Assembly (NCBI GenBank): GCA_023213395.1
Contig: CM041465.1
Span: forward strand, 175,157,741-175,221,740
DNA length: 64,000 bases
DNA from: Cycas panzhihuaensis
Taxonomy: Eukaryota; Plantae; Cycadophyta
Direction of reading: 5' to 3'
Shown: one piece after another, positions 1-11,572 of the stretch
Layout of the letters: the number at the start of each line of letters is the position of its first letter
How positions within the stretch are numbered: the first letter of the stretch is position 1
The notes under the pieces: model-generated
What the model was told of the DNA's origin: nothing
Databases searched by the model: none
Seen by the model: only the letters and a program-made list of their open reading frames with translations
Position numbers and translations under genes: made by a program

Positions 1-51
1 CTAATACCAATTGAAAGAACATGGACAAGCAAAACATACTCTAATACCACT

Positions 52-385
52 TGTAAGAAACTAAACGCCCATACATAGGTCCAAAATCTAACAAGACTAT
101 GAAATTAAAGACATGCAGGTGAATAATAAATGAAAGAATATGTACAAACACATAACACAATATACTTGTGGGAAATGATCACTTCCATTTTATTATGTCA
201 AACCAATACATATATATAGTACATATCACCACCTGGTTGTTCAATCACATTCTATGAGCCACTTAATCAACCAATGACTAATTACAATGAAAAAGTGTAC
301 ACACTGACCCCTTAGTGAACATTAAAGGGATAACTACATTGATTTACATCAATTAAATATTCACATGGGTTAACATTACCTAACA
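52..385 (-). mobile_element. 5' LTR of a minus-strand copia-type element continuing off the left edge
   Basis: Reverse-complement PBS-like ACTCTAATACCA at 38-49, 2-nt gap, then TGTAAG...TAACA. Layout resembles the LTR at 24551-24934. The right boundary is approximate. Confidence 0.55.
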
Positions 386-695
386 ATGGGAATGGAGTAG
401 ACAAATACTAGTCTTTGTTTTTGGCAATAATCTTCAAAGGATAGTACGATAAGGCGAACAAAGCAATTGGTTGCCAAAAACCTGACTGTGATCTAATCAA
501 TGCTACTCCCAATATATTCTCCAATGAATAACCTTTAATGTAAGGTTATATCATCTACTTTCACATGGATTATATCATATGGATTGACTCTTGCTTTTCA
601 AACTCTTATGTCGACTTTTCAAACCTACAATAACAAGGGACAATGATCTTTACAAGATGATGCCAAAGGGCCAATTGTTTGGTTTTGATACTAGT

Positions 696-1128
696 TGTGG
701 CATGCCCATAAAATTTACACAAAAAATACAACAGTCCACATGCTAATACCTCAATATAGCATCATACATAAATCAAATTTCCAGTAGGAACTCATAATAC
801 TATTAGATAACAACTTTCAATAGAGTAATATCAGATTATAATAGTAAAATCATAATATCATATGAGATTGCAGCGGTAAATTGCCCTCTTCAAGGCGACA
901 GTTCCCTCCCAAATGGCACAACAATACCCTAATGGCCCTAGGCCATTATTCTATATCAAATATTAATTCTCCATAGATGATTTACAATTGAATAGTGCTT
1001 CTTATTTATAACCCTACTTTTTTCTTTCTCTAGAAACCAACTTCTTATTCTCTCTCCTAAAAATACTGACTTCACACTAATATGTTTAGACATGTAATGT
1101 AGGAATGAGTGGATAAGGGGAGGAGACA
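696..1128 (-). mobile_element. Gypsy-type 5' LTR (truncated), same family as LTRs at 54383-54885 and 57784-58420
   Basis: Reverse complement aligns by eye with 54490-54885 (TATA, TAATGACCTAGGGCCATTAG, CGCCTYRAAGAGG). Reverse PBS GGTTTTGATACTA at 681-693 matches TGGTATCAAAACC at 54887. Confidence 0.7.
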
Positions 1129-1509
1129 TGTCATAAATCACATGTAAAAAATACAAGAAATGACAATATGACAAATGACTCACAACTCTCCAAATCTCAT
1201 TAGAAAATATAATAGAGTACACAATATATATAGATTACATATGTACTATAAATAGGAATTAGTTTTAACCATATCATAATGGTTAATTAACTACTCCCTC
1301 AAAACATGGTAGGCTATCAACTACCACATTTAATAGTTCAACCATCTTTGACTCCTACTAACCAACACAATAATGACTTTGACTAAGAATATTCTCTCAC
1401 TTAGAATACTCCATGTGAGGAAATATTCTAATTACATGAAATGAAATGAACTTAAATGAACATCAAATAGGAATGTACATTATTTCTGACACCCTCCCAT
1501 AATGTTAAG

Positions 1510-1700
1510 TTCATTTTCTGTCATAAACATCAGTGTCCTAAGTCTCTCAAACTTCTCACAACTCAAAGTCTAGGTGAAAATATGACAACTTGAGGGACAA
1601 TACATCAACCTAACTATGCTAGGCTCCATTTGTTTTTGAACAAAATGATGGTCTTCTTCCACAAGCTCGAACCTGTCATGGAAACCCACCTTGATTGTCG
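1510..1700 (-). pseudogene. pol: Copia RNase H C-terminal remnant
   Basis: GFHDRFELVEEDHHFVQKQ...MYCPSSCHIFT*TLSCEKFERLR resembles FHARTKHIEVHHHFIRE...YRPTEEQAIDIFTKPLGREKF at 7375-7875. Confidence 0.7.
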
Positions 1701-1819
1701 AAGAACAACTGAACAAGTCACATATGGTTAAGAAGTCTGTTAAGCCCAAAATGGCTTCTAGGATGCTGTAATTGTTGCTTTGTATACTGCCTTGGTGGAA
1801 GAAGCTATCCACATCAAGA

Positions 1820-2172
1820 GATCAACCAGAATTAGGTACCGATGCACATCTTGTTGTTGAGTTGGCATTAATTGCTACAAGAAGTCAACCAAAATTAAGG
1901 GTCAATGTACATCTTATTGTCGACTAAGATCAACCAAAACTAAGTGTCATCCGCATCCTATTGTTGATTAGGCTCAATCAGAACTAAATGACAAATATAC
2001 GCATCCTGTTGTTGATTCGGCCTTCACTATTGCGAGAGATCAACTGGGACTAAGTGTTCAATGCACATCCTGTTGTTGATTAGGATCAACCAAAATTAAG
2101 TGGCACATATGCACATCCTGTCGTTGATTAGGCTTAACCAGAATTAAGTGTCATCCACATCCTATTGTTGAT
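1820..2172. repeat. Tandem array of 7 x ~45-bp units (GATCAACCAGAATTAAGTG..ATGCACATCCTGTTGTTGATTAG)
   Basis: Units start near 1820, 1884, 1928, 1972, 2038, 2084 and 2132. Most units have ATCAAC...GTTGAT-like inverted ends. Confidence 0.9.
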
Positions 2173-3079
2173 AATGCCTTTGCAATTGCCTATACAAAGC
2201 TCCAAAGAGGATTTTATCATCCTCATGCAGTACATACAAGTTGTGATCATCAGTGCATGAACATCACGCTCATTGTCTTGCTTCTCCAACTGTCATAATC
2301 CTGGCATACAATATTGTGCTTGATTCTATGCACAATTGTATTTGCCAAGTCATTGTTGCTTCAAAGAATTGTTAGGTGTTTTCATTAACACCACAACACT
2401 GCAACTATCATAACCATAACACATTATGTTGTAGCAAGAACCTACCCAACTCATAAATGAAAGAGGTTGAAGTAGACATCCTGTTACAAAGGTATGATGA
2501 GTCTCATGCAGGTTGATAAGAGTGATGTACTCCACAATTTAGCAACACAAGTCACTTGTCTCCTTTAGTTTCTACAGATGAAGAGAGATAGAGGATAGAT
2601 ATTTTACAGGAGAAAAGCAAGTATCAAGACTCTATCAAATTCTTAAGAGTCTTCTTGCATCATATACAAACATATTTCCATCAGAACGAGTAATTAACTC
2701 ATCAATCACTAGCAAATTAATGAATGCCAATGTTCCAGGTTCTTGTTTTGTCATGCCATGCCTTGTCGTGTTGTGCCACTTCTGAAATGCCAATAATTGG
2801 GTTTGATTAGGCTTCCTGTCTTCTCCTTTAACAACTCCCATAGGTCTTCGTAAGACTGGAAAATGTTACATCACATAGAACTTACATCTTGCCTTAGTGA
2901 ATCTGGCAAACTACAGCCAACAATTCACAACCATTCTATGAAGTCTGTAATTAAGAAGAATAAGGAGAAGCATCTCAAGCCACCGTAAGTGTAAGTGTCA
3001 GACATCACTCAGTGACTGTACGGTGGATTATATTTAAAGAGTATAAATAAAAGGTTCAAAAAACCTTTTATATACACCA

Positions 3080-3992
3080 TTAGAAGAGGATGAAGTACAT
3101 TAGAAAATCCACTTAAAGTGCTCTTAAAAAAAGAGGACAAAGTGCATTAAAACTCCCCTTTAAAAATACTCTCAAAGTACATTGAAAATTCCTCTTAAAA
3201 TAGAGTCAAAGTATATACTCTAAAGAGGATAAAGTATATGAAAAACAATCCTTTGAAGTACTTCTTAATTGAAGCCAAGAAATACCCTTAAAAGAAGATG
3301 ATCTCCTTAAGGTATCATGCCCAATAAAGAAATATTCTTAAAGAGGATTAAAAACTTAGTAGGAATCCTCGTAAAATATTCCTTTTGATGATGAAAAAAG
3401 TGCTCTTTAAAAGAGAATAAATTATGTAAAAATAATCCTCTTGAAGTGCCCTTTATGCTGCCAAGAATGTACTTTTAAAAGAGGACATAGCATATGAAAG
3501 AATCATCTTAAAGTACTTTACATGTCGCCAAAAGAACCCTTTTATGTCGCTAAAAATGTATCTTAAGGAAGAGGACAAAATATATTAAAAATCCTCTTAA
3601 GGTACTATATTATGCCGCCAAATAATACTTCAGAAAGAAGATAGCCTATGTTAAAATCTTCTTAAAGTATTCTTCAAATGAAGCCTTCAAAAAATGCCCT
3701 TTAAAAGAGGGAAATCCTCTTAAAATAACCCTTTTTAAATGTCGCCAAAGGTACCCTTTAAAAGAGGAGAAATGGTCCTCTTGAGATACCTATTATGTCG
3801 TCCAAAAGATACTTTTAAAAGAAGATAACTGTTAATAAACTCCTCTTAAAACATTCTTCTATGCTACCAAAATTATATTTTAAAAGAGGATAAATTATAT
3901 AAAAAATCCTCTTAAGTATCTTTTAAATGAAATAAAAAAGAAATACATTTAATGAGGATTAATATAATATCAATAACAAATTAATCCTCTTA
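3080..3992. repeat. Degenerate ~60-70-bp tandem array of ~15 inverted-repeat units AAGAGGA-(N3-28)-TCCTCTT
   Basis: Stems near 3084, 3131, 3223, 3292, 3341, 3411, 3479, 3569, 3635, 3705, 3762, 3819, 3884 and 3953, plus a half unit at 3190. Linkers often contain TTTATGTCGCCAAA. Confidence 0.85.
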
Positions 3993-5034
3993 ATATATGA
4001 CTTCAATAAAAGAATACACTTCTTGAATTATGACCCCGATTGATAAAAGAACCACCATTAAAAGATAAGTTTAAAGTTCTTTTATAAAACAAAAGTTATT
4101 TAAAAGAACTTATGAAAATAACTTTTTATCAAAATAAGCATATTCTTGTGAATATGCTAATGTGCATAATGTAATGTTTTAAAACATTACAAATTCAAAA
4201 ATCATGAGGAGCGGATCGAATTTCTCTGATGAATAAAGAATCAACGGCGGCGATAGGTTTTCTTGCAACTGAGGTCGAATGACATCCGTAACCAAGGGTA
4301 GCTATACTAACTCGCAATCAGAGTCAACAGAAGAATGACGAATGGAGCAACTACTTCGAACGGCGGTGAAATGGCTCTACATCGAATGGCGTCGTCGACA
4401 TGCAGTTATCCAATGTGGCGATGTAGAGTGCTGCTATCAATGAGTAAAAAAAAAAGGACAGATAGAAAGCTTTCCATAATGGCGGCCGTCCCAAAAGAGG
4501 CATCTACGGGAGCTTTGAATGATGGCAAAGACCCAAAGGTCAGTTGGTGGCTCTGCAAATAGAGCAAGCAGTAGCGGTTGACCAAGTGTCACCTCAACAA
4601 ACGAAGGACGAGCAAGAAGTAGTGGTCACAACAAGGGCAAACAAGAGAAGCAACTCTTAGTCAACAGAACCGAGAGAGCAGTGATAGCTCTACATAATGG
4701 ACAACTCCTTCTAGTAGTGGTGTCTGAGAATGAATGTAGCTGTGTAGTGCTACATCATTTCTATTATATGTGGCAATCTTCCATTAATGGGTGATAGTCA
4801 CACACAAACCCACAAATATTACATTCACAACTAAATAGGTTAAATCTTCAGCGTATACTCAGTTGAATAGGTGCAATGAGCAATTCTATTCACAAAGTAT
4901 CCACTCAAGCACTAATGTAAAGGAAGGAAATCTCTTATTAAGAGAGAATCTATAACACATTGAAGTTGTAACTCAAACTCTCCATGACAATTTTATTCAC
5001 AACCATAGAATTCTGATAATGGACAACAACTTTG

Positions 5035-5817
5035 TAGCGTTCAATCAAGCATGTTCCTTCCATCTCTGTGTAATTTGTTAACAGATTCAGCTCCACTTGA
5101 TCCCGGCACTTCTTCTGTTGATCAACCATTATGGCCAGAGGATATTGAGGTTTGAGTTACATCTATCAAAAAGCTACCTAAATGGCATACACAGACGGTG
5201 AAGGACAACCAAGTCATAGAAGGAAAACGTCCATCCAAGATGTGGCGACAAACAAATTGTGCACTTATGGCTGAAGTGCTTTGTGTTTACATATTAAGTA
5301 ATGTACTTTATATTATTTCATTATTGTACTTTATGTTAGTGTGACTTATCACATAAGGGATAAAGTGCACACCCACATTCTTTTTAATGACATAACATTG
5401 TAATTGGAGGGTCAATGTACCCCTCATACATCCTTGCTCACAAGAGAGTCCAAGGGACACTTGTCCTTCATGCATATGGCATATTTTGAACGTTTGACAT
5501 TCGTCAAACACGCAATCTCTCAGAGTCTCTCCTCATAATCTATATATTGAGACCAATTCTCCTGTATGTAGATATGAGAGTGTGTGTATTGTTATGTTGC
5601 TAGTTTTCTAATTAAGTATTCGTTCTTATTTAGAGATTGGATCAATTCCTTCTCCTCCATATTGGTGTCCTTATGCTTGTGTTCTTCATGATCATGCATG
5701 CTTATAGTATTCTTCTCCATGCTAGCTCTTAATAGATGCTAATCATCCTTATTCACATAGCACTTTCTCCTCCCTTTTAGATTCTTAAGGCCTTTGGCTT
5801 AATGCCCATTCTCAACA
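5035..5817 (+). mobile_element. Copia fragment: integrase-RT linker (5035-5283) fused to a 5'-clipped 3' LTR (5284-5817)
   Basis: PLDPGTSSVDQPLWPEDIEV*VTSIKKLPKWHTQTV is homologous to ORF 8971-9294. The LTR is similar to the reverse complement of 6796-7347 and ends TTCTCAACA. Confidence 0.8.
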
Positions 5818-6795
5818 AATTCATGATGCATTAGTGATGGAGAACAAGAACAAGTTATTCCCAGATCTACATATGGTTGGAAAACACATTAAATACTATG
5901 GACAATCAATTTAAATGACTTTCTTTCATATAGAGAACTATCTCAGATGTAGGAAAATAAAAGAAATGGTGTATGTATAATTCAAAGATAGCGTATTATT
6001 GTTGAATGCATAAAGTTTCTTAAATGCAATATTGTTTCTTGAGATTATGCTTATTAGAGTTATAAATAAAAGAACTATTGGAGGAGAAAATAACAAGTAT
6101 CATTACTAAATAGTGCTTGCATTTAATGCATTATTAGAATGCAAGTAGTTAAATGTTTATGTTGCTAGAAATTCCTTATGATATATTACTTTAAGAAATT
6201 ATATGGTTTTATTGTAATAAATGATAGATGATTGCAATGATGTGTTTAGGTAAACATGCACTTTACCTTGATATAATGAAAGCACTTTCTTGGATGTTAA
6301 ACATGGGTGAACACATGAATGAAATACTGAAGAGAAAATTAAAAACCCCAAGCTGAATTGAACCTTAAAACAGACTTGTAAGACCCTATCTACTCCATGT
6401 GATTTTTCGGGAGTACCCTTTTGGATGTTGTGCCCCTTAGCATGTGTTGCTTCAAGAAGACCCACTCGGTAATTAAGTGATCTTGAAAGAATGTGGTGAA
6501 CCTTCTTACACGTGTTGCTTGAAAGGTAATAAATGAGTGGTTCATGAGCACAGGGTGCTTATGTTCTCTTTCCCATACAAGATGGAGAAAGGGCATAACA
6601 TTAGACATTGTTATGTCTAAAGGAGTCTTAAACAATGATAACAAGAATTTATGAATGTAGGGATACTTCTGACCTCCCTTCTATATAGGATCGAGGAGAA
6701 GTATAACTATAATCATAATGAATTAAATCCAAGAACATGGAATGGAATGAGAATGTTCATTTATGTGAATTAATCAAGAGAGAGGGTGCAGTAAC

Positions 6796-7347
6796 TGTTG
6801 AGAAGGCCAAAGGATTAGAATGCCTAAGATCTATAAAACCAAGATCATGAAGATAGTTCACTCTAGTTCTAGATAGCAAAAGAGCAAAACTAAAAGATAA
6901 GCAAGACCAAGATCAAAGGAGCAAGATGATACCAAAGTGTGAGGGGAAGGAATTAGTCTTACTCCAAAGAATACTAATTGATTAGCAAACTGGTAGCATA
7001 ACATTACACTCCAACTCTACATGTGAGATATGAGGAGAGGTCTCAATATATAGAGTAATTGAGATTACCTAACACCGTTGGATGTTTGACAAGTGGCAAA
7101 CATCCAAGGTACATGCAACGCATGGCTTACATGTCATGCATGAAGGACATGTTCGTTTAGGCTCTCAAGTGAGCAAAGATGCATGAGGGTCCATTTGACC
7201 CTTTAGTTACAATGTTATGTCACTAGGAGGAAAGTGGGTGTGCAATTTATCACTTAAGTGATAAGTCACCCCATGAAGTACAAAATAATGAATGAAAGAA
7301 TAAAGTGAATAAAGTACATACTTAACATGTAAACATAAGGTTTAACG
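6796..7347 (-). repeat. 3' LTR of copia 6796-14195
   Basis: Direct repeat of 13662-14195 with an extra 20-bp segment flanked by AGCAAGA. Abuts the PPT. Confidence 0.95.
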
Positions 7348-7374
7348 CCCCCCCTTACTGTTTACAATGTTAAG

Positions 7375-10300
7375 TCAGATGCTAAGACCATCTCTAAATT
7401 TTACAAATTTTTCTCTACCAAGAGGCTTAGTAAAGATATCTATTGCCTGCTCCTCTGTAGGTCTGTATTGGAGCTTGATCTCACCATTCTGCACATGTTC
7501 TCTGATGAAGTGATGATGAACCTCGATGTGTTTGGTCCGTGCATGAAAGACTGGATTCTTGGCCAACTTGAGTACACTCTGATTGTCATAATATATCCTA
7601 GTGGAGTGATTCTGCTCAAGTCCAAGCTCCCCAAGAATCCGTCGAAGCCAGATAGCCTCACAAGTTGCGCTGACAGCAGCTTTGTACTCTGTTTCAGTGG
7701 AGGACAACATAACATTGGGTTTCTTCTTGCAACTCCACGAAACAACTTCTGAACCAAGGGTAAAGCAGTAACCCGAGGTGGATCTCCAGCTATCCTGACA
7801 ACCTGCCCAATCAGAATCTGAGAACCCTTCCAAGATGAAGTCCTCATTATGTGCATACTGAAGGCCATGCTGCAATGTTCCTTTGATGCATTTGAGTATG
7901 CATTTTGCTGCATTCCAATGTTTCTAATTGGGTTGAGACATGTATCTAGAACAAATCCCAGCTACAAATGAAATATTTGGTCAAGTGTTGGTGAGATAAG
8001 TGAGGCTACCAATCAACTGTCAATAAAGAGTGGGATCTGCAGGTTCAACTTCCTCATTAAGAGTAAGCTTTGTTCCATTCTCCATAGGCGTTGGTGCTAG
8101 TTTGCAGTCATGCATCCTGAACTATTGCAAAATGTCCCAAGAATATTTTGCTTGGGATATGAAGATAGATCCAAGTTGTTGCCATACCTCAAAGCCTAGA
8201 AAATAATGTAGAAGTCCAAGATCTGTAATCTCGAAAGTTCTCTTCAAATCATCCTGGAGAATGTGTATCATCTTAGTGTCATTACCAGTGATCACTAAGT
8301 CATCAACATACAAGACAATAAAGATAGCATGGTCTTTCTCAACTTTGATGTACAAGTTAGAGTCGGATGTGGATCGATGAAAACCATGTCTCAAAAAATA
8401 GTCATCGATTTTAGAGTACCATGCCCTAGGAGCTTGTTTCAAGCCATACAAAGCCTTTTTTAGGTGACAAACCAAGTGCTCCTTGCCTTGTACTTTGTAA
8501 TCAGGAGGTTGTTCCAAATATACTTCCTCCTAAAGATCGCCATTGAGAAAGATGCTTTTCACGTCCATCTCATATGTTGGCCATTTGCATTGAGCAGCTA
8601 AGGCCAAGATGAGTCTGATGGTGTTCATATTGGCAACAGGTGCAAAAGTCTCCTCATAGTTAATGCCTTCTTTTTGTTTGAATCTCTTTCTAACAAGTCG
8701 CGCCTTTTAGCGCTTGAGTGTACCATTAGAATGGAATTTGGTCTTGTAGACCCATTTGCAACTGATTGCCTGTTTATGCTTAGGCAATTCTACCAAATCC
8801 CATGTCCCATTCTTTTCAATAGAATGGATTTCTTCATCCACAGTAGTTTTCCAATTGTCATTTTAAAATGCCTCCTCAAAGGTGGAGGGCTCATCAACAC
8901 AAAGTACATCAGCCATGAGTGCATAATTGGTTTGCTGCCTATATTTTGATGGACGTTTTCCTTCAATAATCTAGCCGTCTTGAATAGTTTTTGTAAACCA
9001 TTTTGGCAATTTTTTAATTGATGTAACTTGAACCTCAATGTCTTCTGCTTTGAGTGATGGATCAAAACAAGATGTGCTAGGATCAAGTGGAGTAGTATCT
9101 GATGATGTAGACGGTCTAGCTGGTGCAGGTGATGTACATGATGTGGACGGTTGAGAGGGAATGAAACACTCAACAATCCTTTTACCTTTATTAAGAGGAG
9201 GTTGGAAGGATGCAGATTTCAACTCCTTATGCTCTTCTTCAGCAAAGATTACATCTCTTGAGAGATGCATTTTCTTCTCAATAGGATCATACAACTTGTA
9301 AGCTTTACTATGAGTGGCATAACCTACAAAGATGCATTCTAGACTATGTTTGTCTAACTTAGATCTTTGCTAATGGGGGATGTGCATATATGCAGTGCAC
9401 CCAAATGTCCTTAAATGACTGACAATAGACTTTTTACCAGACCAATCTTCTTCCGGTGATATGTCGGTGACTACTGAAGTAGGACTCCGATTTTCCACAT
9501 AAGCAACTGTGTGGAATGCTTCTGCCCAATATGCTCATGTGAGTCCTTTTGCATGCATCATAACTTTGGCCTTGTTTGCCAAAGTTCTATTTATATGTTC
9601 AGAGACTCCATTCTGTTGAGGAGTATGAGGAATAGTGAACTGTCTCTTAATGCCATTATCCATGCTCCTCCAAAAGATGTTGTGGGCATAGGTCCACATA
9701 AATTAGAATGTATCAGCTGCAAAGGATATGAAACATGCCATGTGTTGCCTTTAGGAAAAGGCAATCTATGTTGTGTCCCCATTATACAAGCTTCACAAAG
9801 GTATTTTGAACCATATAGCTTTGGAAGTCCATGCACCATGTTCTTGTTTATCATCAACTTGATATTGTCTAAACTCAGGTGGCCTAGACGATGATGCCAA
9901 AGTTGCGTCTTTGTTGATGATGCTGTGACAGAGTAAGTAGAATCAGAAGTTATATTTTTTACATCCAACTTATAAAGGCCATGGTCTTCATGACCAATGG
10001 CTACAACCTGATCATGCTTGTCACTGATGACACATTTCCCATTTAAAAAAAAAATGTTCATTTGTTGCTTGTCCAATTGGCTAACAGATTGCAAATTCTT
10101 CTCCATGGAAGGAATGTAATAGGCATCACCATTGGGAAATGTTAAGGAAGGATTTGAAGAAGAATGAAATGAGGCAACTTTGCCTTTACCAGAGATCTGC
10201 ACTAATTCATTGTTGCCAAAAGTTACAGATTTACCATTTCCTTCTTTGATGTCATGAAGAAGTTCTTCACTTCCAGTCATGTGGCGTGATGCCCCCGAGT

Positions 10301-11351
10301 TGATGATCCAAGTTTGATCAACATCTGAAGTGTGATAGGCACAAAGTAGCTTATCCTCTTCTGCAAACTGATTTGTGTGGCATTGATTGCCACCTCTGAA
10401 ACCCCTCCTTCCTCTTTGACCTCCTCGATAGGCACCTCGATTTGGTCGAGGGGGATAGTGTTGTTACTGTTGCTGAAATCGTTGCTACTGCTAGAACTGT
10501 AGACGAGGCTATTGTTGTCTCTGATGTGGCTAGTGTTGATGTGTACGTTGAAGGTCGGTTTTCTTCTTTCGACAATCAGGAGCAATGTGGCCAACCTTGC
10601 CATAATAACGACAAATAACATTGGCTTTCGAGGTGCCAATGTTCATATTCCCAAATTGTTTTATAAGTGAAGGTTTGAGAGTTTGCTTGGCCTTCAATTT
10701 GGCCGTGAAAGCTCCTGAAGTAGATGCACCATCATCATTTTCTTTATCATAAATTTGTTCCTCTTGAAGTAATAAACTCGCTAGTTGATTGAAGGACATG
10801 CCAGAAAGAGAGCCATCTCGTGTGACAGATGAGATAAAGCCATTGAAATCTTTAGGCAAAGCTCGAATGGTGGTGGTTACAAGCTCATCCCTAGAAGCAA
10901 GTTTGCCTAAAGTATACAATTCATTACAAATTTCTTTAATAAAAGCAAGAACTTCCGACATAGGCTTTACATACTTCATAGAATAAAGTTTTGCTTTGAC
11001 CAACAATATGCGAGCTTCATCTCGCCTTTCATACAAAGAGGAAAAAATGTCCCAAGCTTCCTTAGATGTTTCAGCATTTGAAATGTTTTGGTCAATATTC
11101 ACATCAATAACCATATGTAAAAATGCCAAGGCTATTTCATCCTTGGCTTCCCAAGAGGCAACATAATCAACATCAGGATCAACAACAACACCATCAATCT
11201 CCATAGGTTCAGTTAAAGGAAATCTGCCAGAAACATAGCCCCAAAGTTCATTCATCTTTAAGAGGTTTTGTGTTTGCCTCTTCCAATCTTGATAATTCTC
11301 TTGACCTATCAACTTGATTGTGCATGTATTAAGCATGTTTAAAGCAACCAT
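7375..11351 (-). pseudogene. gag-pol: Copia gag-pol polyprotein, frameshifted, with integrase-core deletion
   Basis: Gag with degenerate zinc knuckle CRYYGKVGHIAPDC (10530-11351). Protease/GAG-pre-integrase LWHHRLGH..CEAC (9591-10280). RT LYGLKQAPRAW / LYVDDL (8122-8517). RNase H SDSDWAG / RTKHIEVHHHF (7375-7875). Confidence 0.95.
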
Positions 11352-11572
11352 GTTTAAGTTGTAAAGAGATTGAAGCTAGCAGATGACTTAGAAACTCAAT
11401 GCTTTTGTTGCTTAAGTTCCACCTTCTAACAAAACCAACAGTCATGATCTTACTTGAAGATCCAACAACTAAATGGAGTGATGAGGGGTGGAGGACTAGG
11501 CAAAAGAGTTGGTCCAACCCTAATCTATAAAGGAGATCCAACAATTGACCAAGCCAAATCTAGGACAAGGCA

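Larger units (their letters stand above)
1129..5030 (-). mobile_element. Non-autonomous copia-derived element: 3' LTR 1129-1491, RNase H remnant, non-coding interior with repeat arrays; 5' LTR missing
   Basis: TGTCAT...CTGACA termini. Reverse PPT CCCTCCCAT at 1492-1500, with an adjacent RNase H C-terminal remnant. CpG-richer leader-like region at 4200-4700. The right boundary is approximate. Confidence 0.6.

Noticed and set aside
1112-1135. Plus-strand PPT (AGGGGAGGAGA) before TGTCA, implying a plus-strand LTR
   Set aside because: The reverse PPT at 1492-1500 is backed by an adjacent minus-strand RNase H remnant. The purine run is more simply part of the interrupted neighbouring LTR.
1820-2172. 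CRISPR array
   Set aside because: Units are mostly head-to-tail with no unique spacers; the three linkers resemble each other.
3080-3992. CRISPR array
   Set aside because: Repeats are degenerate, the variable parts are related AT-rich loops of 3-28 nt, there are no cas genes, and the context is a eukaryotic retroelement.
4335-4562. Short ORF as a host or accessory gene (likewise 12915-13199, 23759-24085, 44096-44473)
   Set aside because: No recognisable domain. These lie in GC-richer retroelement leaders where stop codons are rarer by chance.
6199-6644. ORFs repeated at 20876-21432 suggesting a duplicated gene
   Set aside because: They are chance frames within the two copies of the same large LTR, and frames and stops are not conserved.
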